Origin: an uncultured Methanocellaceae archaeon
GTDB lineage: Archaea > Halobacteriota > Methanocellia > Methanocellales > Methanocellaceae
Length of the DNA: 64,000 nt
Direction of reading: 5' to 3'
Assembly (NCBI GenBank): GCA_963769045.1
Contig: CAVYKK010000029.1
Location: 24,211-88,210 of the forward strand
The translations under genes and the position numbers were made by a program. This document shows, one piece after another, positions 29,950 through 39,799 of the stretch; position 1 is the stretch's first letter; each line of letters starts with the position of its first letter. The notes under the pieces are model-generated. The model searched no databases. It saw only the letters and a program-made list of their open reading frames with translations, and had not been told where the DNA came from.

Positions 29950-30963
29950 ATGACAGAGGCCGGCATACTCATTATCCAGCACGGTGATTTTCCCTTCGAC
30001 TTCATCGAGAAAGAGCACGCGATGTACGAGCGCATCGAGGGGGTCATGAAGCGGCTGAGCGAGGAGTCTAAAAACCTCGACCATTCGCCGGAGAACGACC
30101 CCCACGCGGCCGACATGCGCACGCTGGCTGACTCGGTCCGCAACGCTGGCTATGATGTAGAGCCGGGATACCTCGACTTCGCCCGGCCGACGATCGAGGA
30201 AGCTGTGAAATCGCTCGCGGGCAGAGGGCATAAAAAAATCATCATTGCCTGTGCACCCGGGCTGATGATGCGGAGTTCCCATAGCCTGATCGACATCCCT
30301 GCCGTGCTAAGAGAGATTAAGTCTGCACATCCGGAACTCGAGCTGGCTTATGCAACGCCTGGCATACCATATCAGTTGATCGCGCGGGCCATCGGCAAAA
30401 AGATCAACGCCGCGCTCGGCCAGGAGTCTCCCGGCGGGATGGCCATGCCAAAGACGCCTCACCCGGGCACCGCTGTCGTCCTGGTCGCCCATGGCGACGT
30501 GCCCCGGGATTTCATAATCAAGAACATGGGCGTCATGAAAGAAGCCGAAGAGCATTCGGCTAAATGGTCAGAGACTGTGCTGGACTGGCCCAGGACCGAG
30601 ACGAACGATCCGCTCTACTACGACACACTGGTGCTGAAGACGAACCTGCTGGAAATGTTCTGGCCCATGCCGATAGAGATCGGCTACATGGAGTTCGCCC
30701 GGCCTTCGATCGGGGAATCCTTCGACAAGCTGGTGTCCGCGGGAGTGAAAAAGGTCGTTGCCCTGGGCGGCACCGGCTTCTTCGACCGCAGCTCTCATAC
30801 ATTGATCGACATACCGGAAGCCATAAGCAGGCTGAAAAAACGCCGTCCGGACGTCGAGATCACCTACGCGTACCCTGACATCCGCCTCGTAAAAGATGAC
30901 CTGACACGCGCGGTCGTCTTCAAGGTGGAACGCGCGCTCGATGGCGAAGTCCTGCCGCTATAG
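29950..30963 (+). CDS. Tandem-duplicated CbiX/SirB-type tetrapyrrole chelatase-like protein
   Basis: Two copies of 'HGD(F/V)PxDF...GY(L/M)(D/E)FARP(T/S)I...RSSH(S/T)LIDIP'. Confidence 0.75.
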   Translation: MTEAGILIIQHGDFPFDFIEKEHAMYERIEGVMKRLSEESKNLDHSPENDPHAADMRTLADSVRNAGYDVEPGYLDFARPTIEEAVKSLAGRGHKKIIIACAPGLMMRSSHSLIDIPAVLREIKSAHPELELAYATPGIPYQLIARAIGKKINAALGQESPGGMAMPKTPHPGTAVVLVAHGDVPRDFIIKNMGVMKEAEEHSAKWSETVLDWPRTETNDPLYYDTLVLKTNLLEMFWPMPIEIGYMEFARPSIGESFDKLVSAGVKKVVALGGTGFFDRSSHTLIDIPEAISRLKKRRPDVEITYAYPDIRLVKDDLTRAVVFKVERALDGEVLPL

Positions 30964-31060
30964 CGGCGTCGCGTGACCTCATCATAGTAAGGTTAATTAA
31001 GCATCATGGCCATAAGCGAATATATTCCATTTCGCAGGGCGTTGTAGCGGAGATCGGGGT

Positions 31061-31768
31061 GTGTTGATGGAGGAAAGGGTCAAATCGGGAGTGCCAGGGC
31101 TGGACGACATCCTGGGCGGCGGGTTTTTCAGGGGTCAGACGTATGGCATAACGGGCGGGCCGGGTGCCGGTAAAAGCATCTTGTCCATGGAGTTCCTGGT
31201 ACGTGGCGCTAAAAGCGGCGAGCGCGGCCTGTACGTGACCAGCGAGGTGTCTGCCGACAAGCTGATCCGGCAGATGCCGTTCAAAGATCTTCAGAGCCAC
31301 ATCGACCATGGCGACCTGGTCGTCTTCGGCACGAGGCCGCTGCCCGGCGAGGTGACGGCGAACAGCGAAAAGTTCGACCTCGCGGGCCTGACCTACATGG
31401 TCAAGCACTACGTCCGGAACAACGACATCAAGCGTGTCGTCTTCGACTCGGTCAACGCGTTTGTCGAGCAATATGATGACAGGCGCCCGCTTCGCCGGGA
31501 GCTGAACAACCTGGTCAGCATGCTGGAAAGTTACGGATGCACCACGCTGCTCATTTTCGAAGGAGACGGCACGACATCCGACCCTTCCCTGGAGTTCCTG
31601 GTGGACGGCGTAATAGAGCTGGGCCGTGTCGAGACACACCAGGACGTTGTCCGGTATGCGCAGGTGCGGAAGATGCGCGGCACCGCCCATGACCTGAACA
31701 AGCGTGCGATGGAAATAGGGGACAAGGGCGTCCTGATCACCAACCTGAAGCCGTTTTTCGGCGATTAG
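31061..31768 (+). CDS. Single-domain KaiC/RAD55-like RecA-fold ATPase
   Basis: 'SGVPGLDDILGGG', Walker A 'GGPGAGKS', 'RVVFDS', 'VRKMRGTAH'. Confidence 0.88.
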   Translation: MLMEERVKSGVPGLDDILGGGFFRGQTYGITGGPGAGKSILSMEFLVRGAKSGERGLYVTSEVSADKLIRQMPFKDLQSHIDHGDLVVFGTRPLPGEVTANSEKFDLAGLTYMVKHYVRNNDIKRVVFDSVNAFVEQYDDRRPLRRELNNLVSMLESYGCTTLLIFEGDGTTSDPSLEFLVDGVIELGRVETHQDVVRYAQVRKMRGTAHDLNKRAMEIGDKGVLITNLKPFFGD

Positions 31769-31789
31769 CCTCGTAAGCGATGATACGCT

Positions 31790-31876
31790 TTGGCCGACGG
31801 CAGGTTCAATGAAAAAGCAATCCTCCTTTTTGTCATCGCGTTCTTGTCAGTATTCATCGTATATGCGCTGCGCTAA
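31790..31876 (+). CDS. Candidate 28-aa single-TM microprotein (MADGRFNEKAILLFVIAFLSVFIVYALR)
   Basis: Manual translation from TTG at 31790; one clean hydrophobic helix; below the ORF track cutoff. Confidence 0.4.
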   Translation: MADGRFNEKAILLFVIAFLSVFIVYALR

Positions 31877-31894
31877 ATCGTGGCATACGGAGAC

Positions 31895-31981
31895 ATGCAG
31901 GTGCCCTCATTTTACCGCCTGCTGATCGTCATCCTGCTGGCCCTGCTGGCGGTCTCCGTTTACAGCTACGTTAAATCGTAG
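31895..31981 (+). CDS. Candidate 28-aa single-TM microprotein (MQVPSFYRLLIVILLALLAVSVYSYVKS)
   Basis: ATG preceded by GGAGA; one hydrophobic helix; GC3-rich codons. Confidence 0.5.
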   Translation: MQVPSFYRLLIVILLALLAVSVYSYVKS

Positions 31982-32123
31982 ACTTACATTCCACGAAAGC
32001 CTGCCCCTGTGATTGCCGTTTTATCCGTGGCGGCCTTTTTTGCCGCGGGCGGCAGAATGACCATCAGGGAAGGGCGAAACGGTGCACGCCAGATGCCACC
32101 TGATGTAATCGCCCGTTTACGTT

Positions 32124-32318
32124 ATGTCTAAAGCTGAAATACGGGCATGCTCACGCTGCGGGAGACCTATCGACCCGGACACGAAGTGCGATATCTGCGG
32201 CCAGCCGCTGTGCCATTACGATATCAGGGTGCTTGACGGCCACACACTGTGTCCGAGGTGCTATAAGGAGGAGACGTTCGAGTATCACTCTAAGGAATGC
32301 GACATTATCGGGCGGTGA
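32124..32318 (+). CDS. Small zinc-finger (CxxC) protein
   Basis: CSRC, CDIC, CHYD and CPRC motifs; 7 nt upstream of the next gene's ATG. Confidence 0.7.
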   Translation: MSKAEIRACSRCGRPIDPDTKCDICGQPLCHYDIRVLDGHTLCPRCYKEETFEYHSKECDIIGR

Positions 32319-32325
32319 GGTATCC

Positions 32326-33516
32326 ATGAAATTCGACGTCGTTGCAGTTAACCTTGATGACGGCACGCTGGGCGAAATCGCTTACGGGAACACCATGCGG
32401 GCGCTCGCGGCGCTCGAGAGCGACGGCCAGCTCGATAAGATGAAACTCAGCGGCACGGTCATGATCAAGCCGAACTTCACCCAGCCGCCGAACCCGTCGC
32501 TCAAGTTCGGCCCCCGCGAGAGTGATCTGACCGTGCATAACCACGTATGCACGGACCCTTTCGCGATCAAGGCGGCCTGCGATTTCATCACAAGCCATGG
32601 CGGAAAGCCGCTGGTCGCCGAGGGCAGCAAATGGCCCGGGGGAACCCGCGGAGTCTTTCTTCAGATGGGCTGCGAGTCTCTGCTGGAGGGCACCGGGGCC
32701 GTGCTGGTAGACACGATCACCGACCGGCCCGAGCAGCGTGTGACGGTGTCGCCTTCGAAGGTATGGAACGAGGACTTCGGGGAACTGGAGGTAAACTGCA
32801 TCTTCGAGGGCGTGGACGTGCTCCTGAACCTTTCCAAGCTAAAGTCGCACAGCAATGCGCTGGTCACCGGTGCGGTCAAGAACATGTACGGAGCGCTGGA
32901 GCCGGCAACCAGGCGTGCGGAAGGCCATTATTGCGCTGACCCGCTCTGGGCGCGTATCTCCCGGATGAAGATGGCCGAAGGGTACAAGCGGCTCTGCGAG
33001 ACCTTCGTCCAGGTACATGATGCGGTAGTTAACGGCTTCGATATTGACGAGATCTGCGTGATAGAGGGAGTCATCTCAGGCGAAGGCGACGGGCCGCTTT
33101 ACAAGCCTGCCCTCCCGCGCAGGGAAAACCTCGTCCTGGCCTCGGCGAACCGGCCGGCGACGGTGGATGCGGCGGAGAGCTTTTACATGGGCTTCTCGCC
33201 TGAGTTCCTCCGAAACTTCGCGGAGTATGTGCTCCATGAGATTCATTACGTCGCCGACGAGGAGTTCCTGGAATCGTACGGGAACCAGTACTTCCTCAAG
33301 CTGGCCGAAGAAGCAGACATGGGGAGGACACGGGGCTTCGGCGTATACACGATCACGCCACGGGCTTCCGAGATCATCCCCTGCGACATGTTAGGGCTGC
33401 TGCGCCGGGGCGACGTCTTCGCGCTGCCCACGTTCGTCCGCTACGCGGCGAACACGCCGCTGTACGATCGCATGCCGGATGCCGATTACGAGTTCAAGGT
33501 CGAGGCACCTGCATGA
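32326..33516 (+). CDS. DUF362 family protein
   Basis: 'VMIKPNF', 'CTDP', 'NLSKLKSH...VTGAVKNMYG', 'GEGDGP', 'ATVDA'; RBS GGTGAGG before ATG 32326. Confidence 0.8.
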   Translation: MKFDVVAVNLDDGTLGEIAYGNTMRALAALESDGQLDKMKLSGTVMIKPNFTQPPNPSLKFGPRESDLTVHNHVCTDPFAIKAACDFITSHGGKPLVAEGSKWPGGTRGVFLQMGCESLLEGTGAVLVDTITDRPEQRVTVSPSKVWNEDFGELEVNCIFEGVDVLLNLSKLKSHSNALVTGAVKNMYGALEPATRRAEGHYCADPLWARISRMKMAEGYKRLCETFVQVHDAVVNGFDIDEICVIEGVISGEGDGPLYKPALPRRENLVLASANRPATVDAAESFYMGFSPEFLRNFAEYVLHEIHYVADEEFLESYGNQYFLKLAEEADMGRTRGFGVYTITPRASEIIPCDMLGLLRRGDVFALPTFVRYAANTPLYDRMPDADYEFKVEAPA

Positions 33517-33519
33517 GCA

Positions 33520-33633
33520 TTGGACACGGAGGGCACAAAGGGCACAAAGTCCACGGAGGATGCATAGCCAGAACAGATGTGTTTACAACTTGCCCTTTGT
33601 GGCCTTTGTGGCCTTCGTGCCCTTTGTGTCCGA
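33520..33633. repeat. Inverted arrays of 9-bp GGCACAAAG / CTTTGTGCC units
   Basis: GGACACGGAGGGCACAAAGGGCACAAAG faces CCCTTTGTGGCCTTTGTGGCCTTCGTGCCCTTTGTGTCC. Confidence 0.75.
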
Positions 33634-33710
33634 TGTTTTAAATAGCACCGCGCTCATACAATTACATTAAACAAAAATGCCTCGAAAACGGAAGCATGGA
33701 GAGCATCAGA

Positions 33711-34388
33711 ATGAGAATCACATGGCACGGGCATTCGGCTTTCGAGCTGCGGGACAGCCTGATCACGTTCATCGACCCCTTTTTCGAGGGGAACCCGATG
33801 GCAGACATCACGGCGGATGAGGCGGAACCGGACGTGATCGTGGTCACCCACGGGCACGCGGATCACATGGGTGACGCGCTGACCATAGCGAAGCGTACCG
33901 GCTGTAAAGTGATCGCCGTCAACGAGATCTCCAAATACATCCAGTCACAGGGCATCGACTCCAGCGGGGCGAATATCGGCGGCACCATCGATCTTGGCGT
34001 CAGGTATACGTTCGTGCCCGCGATGCACTCCAACGGCATCGACGAGGCCGGGTTCGGCTGGGATGCCGGGAGCCCGGCCGGCATCGTCGTAAGCGACAAC
34101 GTGACGATCTACCATGCGGGAGACACGGCGCTGTTCAGCGACATGTCGCTCATCCGCGAGCTGTATAAGCCTAAGGTCGCTATGCTGCCCATCGGCGGGC
34201 GGTTTACGATGGATATAAACCAGGCGCTAATCGCGACCAGGCTGGTGCAACCGCAGTTCGTGATACCCATGCACTACAACACGTTCGACGTCATCAGGGC
34301 CGATGTGGGTAAGTTCCAGCGCATGGTGGAAGACCAGACCGATACTGAGGTCGTGCTCATGGAGCCAGGGGATTCCATCGACGTCTAA
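33711..34388 (+). CDS. Metallo-beta-lactamase-fold metal-dependent hydrolase (UPF0173-like)
   Basis: '[10 protein letters not shown]', 'YHAGDT', 'LPIGGRFTM', 'IPMHYNTF'. Confidence 0.9.
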   Translation: MRITWHGHSAFELRDSLITFIDPFFEGNPMADITADEAEPDVIVVTHGHADHMGDALTIAKRTGCKVIAVNEISKYIQSQGIDSSGANIGGTIDLGVRYTFVPAMHSNGIDEAGFGWDAGSPAGIVVSDNVTIYHAGDTALFSDMSLIRELYKPKVAMLPIGGRFTMDINQALIATRLVQPQFVIPMHYNTFDVIRADVGKFQRMVEDQTDTEVVLMEPGDSIDV

Positions 34389-34469
34389 ACCGTCGAATGC
34401 TGACAGGGAACCATGAGCAGACGCTAAGGCGCCACTTAGCGTCTTCTCTTAGCTCCCTGGCGTCTTACA

Positions 34470-36092
34470 TCATTTCCGTATCGCCCGCGGAGTCACTATT
34501 TTTACGAGGTCTTTAACTACAGGTGACTTTCTGATGCCGCCTGTAACCATGAGCTTCTCGAACGACTCGCCACGGATGAACGCGTTAGCGGCAAAACCGA
34601 CGAATGTGATAAAGGGGATGGTGAAGATCAGGAACCCCGGCACGGCTAACAGCAGGCCCAGGATGCCGGTCGACATCATGTTGTTAAAGATGATCTCGGG
34701 GTAGGTGAGCATCCAGCCGGCCATGGAAACGGGGTTCATAGACGGCAGCATTTTGCCAGTGATCACATACCTGAGCCATGCGTTATTGAAGAACATGCTG
34801 AAGAAAAAAGCATGAAGGGCGGCGGGCAGCAATACGTTCAGGTTAGTGATCACGATCCATCCGAAGATATTGACGGTTGCCCCGTGGAATACAGGCGTGT
34901 CGAACAGCGGCGAAGACAGCCAGAAAAGGGCGTAGGTCAACGCCAGGTACTCCAGGCTGAGCACGCTGACCTTCAGGCCTTCGAGATATAATTGCGTCTT
35001 ATTCTCGAAATGCGGCAGGGTCCTGCTGCCGCGTAACGTCTCTCGCAGGCAGCGGCTCAGGTACCCGAACAGCAGCGGCGTCGCGATCAATATGGGAGAC
35101 AGCAGCACCACTACCCCTCCCCAGAACATGCTGTGACCGTTGGTGAAGGCATACTTGAGGGATCGCAGCGTATGGTACAGGCGGTTCAGGACATAGTAGA
35201 CCGGCCATTCTACCAGCCAGCCTGGCAGTTTTATGCCTGTGGGCCATAGCCGGTAGTATTCCTTCCGCTGTTGCCATTCATCGGCCAGGGCTGACACGAA
35301 GAGCGGATGATCGGGGAGCACCCTGACCGTGAGAATCCGGCTTATCAACAGGACGAACGGGTCGCCGGCCTTCGACTCCCGGGCGTATAGCGTCGCATGG
35401 ACGCGGGCACTGGTGGCCAGCCCGATGAACGTAACCCACGGGATAGTCACGATCGGTATGCAGGCAAGAAACACCAGGAAGGCGATCGTGGTACAATAGT
35501 AAAAATTTTTCAGGGTCATCGTGGGGTACCGGAGCATCCACTCGATGACGGACAACGGGTTCAGCGATGCGAGGTAGTCGCCCTTAACGATATAGCGCAG
35601 CCAGGCGTTCGTCGAGAACAGGACGAACAACGTCAGCAACGCCGTCAGCATCACGTTGCCGAACTCGACGCTCACCCAGACGTCGTACTGGATGCGCTCC
35701 CCGAAGGTGAGCCCGGCCGGCCGCACTATCTCAAAAAAGAAATAGGTGACGGCGATTACCGTGACGACGAAGTAGAATAGCCACAGGAAGCCGACCTTCA
35801 GGCCTGCGATGTAGTCGTCTGCAGGCCTGTCAATGGAAGGAAGCGCATCGCGGCCTGTGAGGCTTTCCCGCACGCACCGGTCTAAGTAGCCGATCAGGAG
35901 CGGCAGACCGATGACTGTCAGCGAAGCCAGGAAGAGCAGCCCGCCATAGAGTAAACGAGGCCGTCTTGCGACGGCATAATCTATTGATACGTCGATCGTA
36001 TCGGTGGCACCCTCGATCAGCCTGCGGAACGGGCTAACGACATCCATCGGAGGCACAATGAACGGCATGGGTAAAAATGTTTGTGTCTTCAT
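34470..36092 (-). CDS. Polytopic membrane protein with two DUF4013-like repeats
   Basis: Internal duplication 'GYL(D/S)RC(V/L)RE(S/T)L.G...LP' and 'NAWLRY(I/V)...S(L/M)NP'. Confidence 0.7.
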   Translation of the reverse strand: MKTQTFLPMPFIVPPMDVVSPFRRLIEGATDTIDVSIDYAVARRPRLLYGGLLFLASLTVIGLPLLIGYLDRCVRESLTGRDALPSIDRPADDYIAGLKVGFLWLFYFVVTVIAVTYFFFEIVRPAGLTFGERIQYDVWVSVEFGNVMLTALLTLFVLFSTNAWLRYIVKGDYLASLNPLSVIEWMLRYPTMTLKNFYYCTTIAFLVFLACIPIVTIPWVTFIGLATSARVHATLYARESKAGDPFVLLISRILTVRVLPDHPLFVSALADEWQQRKEYYRLWPTGIKLPGWLVEWPVYYVLNRLYHTLRSLKYAFTNGHSMFWGGVVVLLSPILIATPLLFGYLSRCLRETLRGSRTLPHFENKTQLYLEGLKVSVLSLEYLALTYALFWLSSPLFDTPVFHGATVNIFGWIVITNLNVLLPAALHAFFFSMFFNNAWLRYVITGKMLPSMNPVSMAGWMLTYPEIIFNNMMSTGILGLLLAVPGFLIFTIPFITFVGFAANAFIRGESFEKLMVTGGIRKSPVVKDLVKIVTPRAIRK

Positions 36093-36151
36093 GGGCCGGA
36101 GACACCTGATAGCGTTAAATACGTAGTGCAGAATATTGAAGAGCGGTTACT

Positions 36152-36355
36152 ATGAAAGACAGCACCAAATATATTGCCTTTAGTATTCTCATGGCCCTCG
36201 CAAGTCTGAGCATGCTCGCAAGCGTCCTGCGGGATCTTACCACGGGGCAGGACACTATTCTTCTTATCGGGCATATGCTGGGGGCGATTATTTGCATTGC
36301 GGGAGCTGTACTGGGCTATATTTACATGAAGAAGGAAAAGAAAAGCGGGGATTGA
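36152..36355 (+). CDS. Small two-TM membrane protein
   Basis: Two hydrophobic helices and a KKEKK tail. Confidence 0.6.
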   Translation: MKDSTKYIAFSILMALASLSMLASVLRDLTTGQDTILLIGHMLGAIICIAGAVLGYIYMKKEKKSGD

Positions 36356-36363
36356 CAGCCCGG

Positions 36364-36843
36364 TCAGGCCTGGGAGGGCGCCCAGTCGTCCATAGTCTTG
36401 TAGAAATTCAGCACCACGTGACTTTTGCTGTCCTTGAGAGCCGGGCCCATCTGCTGGCGGAGCTGGCTGATATAGGACTCGTACTCTCGCACGTCGCGGA
36501 AAGCCAGCAGCAATACCACATCCCACTCGCCGGTGATCGAGGCGTCCATGAGCACGTGCGAATCGGCCTTCAGGGTGCTGATGAACGCTTCGCTGGAAGC
36601 CTGGTCGGCGGTGTCCAGCTTCAGGAACAGCACGAAGAAGGATTTCAGGCCGATCTGCTCATAATCGATCGCCGCCCGGTACTTCCGGATGACACCCTCA
36701 TCCTCCAGTCGACGCACGCGCGCGGAGACGGTCTGCCGGGTAATGCCAAGCTCGTCTGCTATCTCGACGTGTGATCTTTTCCCGTCTGTGGCGAGCATAG
36801 CCAGGATTTTCCTATCGATATTGTCGATGCCGTCCGACTTCAT
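36364..36843 (-). CDS. Lrp/AsnC family transcriptional regulator
   Basis: 'IDNIDRKILAML...RVRRLEDEGVIRKY', 'ITGEWD'; divergent from ahcY. Confidence 0.9.
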   Translation of the reverse strand: MKSDGIDNIDRKILAMLATDGKRSHVEIADELGITRQTVSARVRRLEDEGVIRKYRAAIDYEQIGLKSFFVLFLKLDTADQASSEAFISTLKADSHVLMDASITGEWDVVLLLAFRDVREYESYISQLRQQMGPALKDSKSHVVLNFYKTMDDWAPSQA

Positions 36844-37083
36844 GTGACACTGCTCCCGCAATTTTGATTTAACGTAAAGTTAAGTCTGTATACGCCGGAC
36901 ATGTCCAGACATCGTAGCGCATCAGACTTAGAGTGGACATATGGCAGCCATTCTATATTAAATATTTGCATAATGTTAATTATATTACTAGTTTTTCTTG
37001 CATCAGAAAACTCTAAATAGTTTATTTTCTGTTCATATGTTAAACGAATTACTATAACATTTTACTTTATGGTGAGGAATCAC

Positions 37084-38349
37084 ATGGCAAAGAATACTGA
37101 TTATGTGGTAAAAGATATCGGCCTGGCAAAGCAGGGCGCAGAGCGTATCGAGTGGGCGAGGCGGCACATGCCCGTCCTGGGACTGATCAAGGAAGAGTTC
37201 GCGAAGACGAAGCCCCTGAAGGGCGTCAACGTGATCGCATGCCTCCACGTCACTGTCGAGACGGCCAACCTGATCGATACGATGCTGGCCGGCGGCGCGA
37301 ACATAGCGCTGACAGCGTCTAACCCGCTTTCCACACAGGATGACGTGGCGGCGGCGCTGGCGAAGAAAGGCGTCAGGGTCTACGCCATCCGTGGCGAGGA
37401 CTCGAAAATGTACCATGAGAACATCGAGAAGGCGCTCAAGATCAAGCCGAACGTGACGCTGGACGATGGCGCCGACGTGATCGCCACGGTACATTCGAAG
37501 CACAAGGAGTACCTGAAAGGCATCTACGGCGGCTGCGAGGAGACCACCACGGGTGTCATCCGGCTCAGGGCCATGGCGAAGGACAAGGCGTTGAAGTACC
37601 CGGTGGTCGCAGTCAATGACGCCGAGACCAAGATGATGTTCGACAACCGGTACGGCACCGGGCAGAGCACACTTCATGGTATCATCAACTGCACCAACGT
37701 GCTGCTTGCAGGCAAGAACCTCGTCGTCGTCGGCTACGGCTGGTGCGGCAGGGGAGTTGCTTCCCGGGCGATGGGCATGGGCTCGAACGTGATCGTCGTC
37801 GAGGTCAACCCCCGCAAGGCGCTCGAAGCGGCAATGGACGGATACCGGGTCATGAACATGAGCCAGGCGGCAGAAGTCGGCGACATCTTCGTGACCGTTA
37901 CGGGCGACAAGTCTGTCATCCGCAAAGAGCATTTCGCGAAGATGAAGGACCAGGCCATCGTCTGCAACTCGGGTCACTTCAACGTCGAGCTCGACCTGGA
38001 GGATCTGAAAAAGATGGCAAAGAGCATCACCACGATCAAGAACGACGTGGACGAGTACGTGCTCAAGAACGGCAACAGGATCTACGTGCTTGCAGAGGGC
38101 CGGTTAGTCAATCTCGCCTGCGCCTTCGGACACCCGCCCGAGGTCATGGATATGAGCTTCGCCAACCAGGCACTGTCGGTAAAGCTCATCGTCGAGAACC
38201 ATAAGAAGATGAAGAACGAGGTCTACAAGGTGCCCGAGGAAATCGATAACCGTGTCGCTAGCATGAAGCTCAAGGCCATGGGCATCAGCCTGGAAAAGCT
38301 GACGAAGGAGCAGGAGAAGTACCTCAGCTCCTGGAGCGAGGGCACGTAA
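37084..38349 (+). CDS. ahcY: S-adenosylhomocysteine hydrolase
   Basis: 'CLHVTVETA', 'SNPLSTQDDVA', 'EETTTG', 'FDNRYGTGQS', 'GYGWCGRG', 'EGRLVNL', 'GHPPEVMDMSF'. Confidence 0.96.
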   Translation: MAKNTDYVVKDIGLAKQGAERIEWARRHMPVLGLIKEEFAKTKPLKGVNVIACLHVTVETANLIDTMLAGGANIALTASNPLSTQDDVAAALAKKGVRVYAIRGEDSKMYHENIEKALKIKPNVTLDDGADVIATVHSKHKEYLKGIYGGCEETTTGVIRLRAMAKDKALKYPVVAVNDAETKMMFDNRYGTGQSTLHGIINCTNVLLAGKNLVVVGYGWCGRGVASRAMGMGSNVIVVEVNPRKALEAAMDGYRVMNMSQAAEVGDIFVTVTGDKSVIRKEHFAKMKDQAIVCNSGHFNVELDLEDLKKMAKSITTIKNDVDEYVLKNGNRIYVLAEGRLVNLACAFGHPPEVMDMSFANQALSVKLIVENHKKMKNEVYKVPEEIDNRVASMKLKAMGISLEKLTKEQEKYLSSWSEGT

Positions 38350-38365
38350 GCAGAAAAAGGGGTGT

Positions 38366-39274
38366 GTGGACATGGTGGACGTAATAATGGTGGGCACCGT
38401 GGCGCTGGACAGCGTGAAGACGCCGTTCGGCGAGGTCGATGAGACGCTGGGCGGCTCGGCGGTCTACGCCTCGGTCGCAGCGAACGCATTTGCGAAAGTC
38501 GGGCTGGTCGGCATCGTCGGGAAAGACTTCCCGAAGAAGCACCTTGAGTTCCTGAAGAAAAAAGGCATCGACCTCGATGGCCTGGAGATCGCCGACGGCG
38601 ACTCGTTCCGGTGGAAAGGCTACTACGAGTACGACATGAACCAGGCCCACACGGTGGACACCCGCCTGAACGTCCTGTCTCAGTTCAACCCCAAACTGCC
38701 GAAAACATACCGCGATGCGCGGTATGTCTTTTTGGCCAACACCGACCCCGAAATCCAGCTAAACGTGTTCGAGCAGATCCGCAAGCCGAAGCTGGTCATG
38801 CTGGACACCATGAACTTCTGGATCGACAATAAGAAAGAGGCACTTAAAAAGATCATCGGCAAGGTCGACGTCATGCTGACCAACGACGCCGAAGCCAGGC
38901 AGTTCTTCGACACGCCGAACCTTGTGAAAGCAGGCAAAGCGTTCCTCGCAATGGGCCCGAAAGCGGTGATCATCAAGAAAGGCGAGCACGGTGCCCTCCT
39001 GTTCACCGAGGGCCAGTGCTTCTCGGCCCCCGCCTACCCGCTGGAAAGCCTGGTAGATCCGACCGGGGCCGGCGACTCGTTCGCAGGCGGCTTCATCGGA
39101 TGGCTGGCGAAGACCGACGACATATCGCCGCGCAACATGCGAAAGGCGGTCATCTTCGGCAGCGCCATCGCGTCCTACAACGCGGAGGACTTCAGCCTCG
39201 GCAAGCTGAAGACCATTACGAGGGATGACATTTTCAACCGGTACATGAGGTTCCAGGACATCGCCTCTTTTTAA
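38366..39274 (+). CDS. PfkB family carbohydrate/nucleoside kinase
   Basis: 'LGGSA', 'KKGEHGA', 'DPTGAGDSFAGG'. Follows ahcY, so adenosine salvage is plausible. Confidence 0.88.
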   Translation: MDMVDVIMVGTVALDSVKTPFGEVDETLGGSAVYASVAANAFAKVGLVGIVGKDFPKKHLEFLKKKGIDLDGLEIADGDSFRWKGYYEYDMNQAHTVDTRLNVLSQFNPKLPKTYRDARYVFLANTDPEIQLNVFEQIRKPKLVMLDTMNFWIDNKKEALKKIIGKVDVMLTNDAEARQFFDTPNLVKAGKAFLAMGPKAVIIKKGEHGALLFTEGQCFSAPAYPLESLVDPTGAGDSFAGGFIGWLAKTDDISPRNMRKAVIFGSAIASYNAEDFSLGKLKTITRDDIFNRYMRFQDIASF

Positions 39275-39749
39275 TTTTTTACTCTTCTGTTTTTAGATGC
39301 CCGGCGTTGATTGCGCTGGCTCGCACCACGCTGCGCTTACGGCCACAAAGACACAGTCATTCCAAAGGTTTCATACAACGGGATGTTTATGGCCGGGCAT
39401 TCCCGGGTGAGCCGGGCAGGCATGAAGTCGTGAGGGCCTGGCCTGTTCCGCGTGCGCGCGCGAGGCCGCCTACGCTGTCACGACGATAGATTACAATCAT
39501 TCAGGAATGACTATCTCTTTGTGGCAGCAAGGGCAGCGTGGTACGTGCATATGATATCGAAGAATTTAAAATCTCACATTTTCTTTTCCGCTTTGTGTAT
39601 CAGCAAAAAATCCCCAAAGCCCTGCACGACATGCTTTGATACGTAGCAGGCACAGGCGAGTGACAAACATCATTTTATTTTTTATGAAAGCGCTAACAAC
39701 AGTTTTTTATTGCTCTACGGCACCAATTGCACGGTAATTTAAGCACTAA

Positions 39750-39793
39750 TATATAAATAGCGCTAATCGGAATCCGACTATGTTGAGGAGGGT
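39750..39793 (+). promoter_or_regulatory. TATA box and RBS of the secreted protein gene at 39800
   Basis: TATATAAA at about 39750 and GAGGAGGGT at about 39785. Confidence 0.45.
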
Positions 39794-39799
39794 AATGTT

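Noticed and set aside
31061-31768. Circadian clock kaiC
   Set aside because: It has a single domain and no kaiA/kaiB nearby, and fits the common archaeal KaiC/RAD55-like ATPases.
37033-37977. 314-aa antisense ORF opposite ahcY, and similar antisense ORFs (6531-7613, 9510-10709, 62407-63747)
   Set aside because: These are typical antisense shadows of high-GC3 genes with no recognisable motifs.
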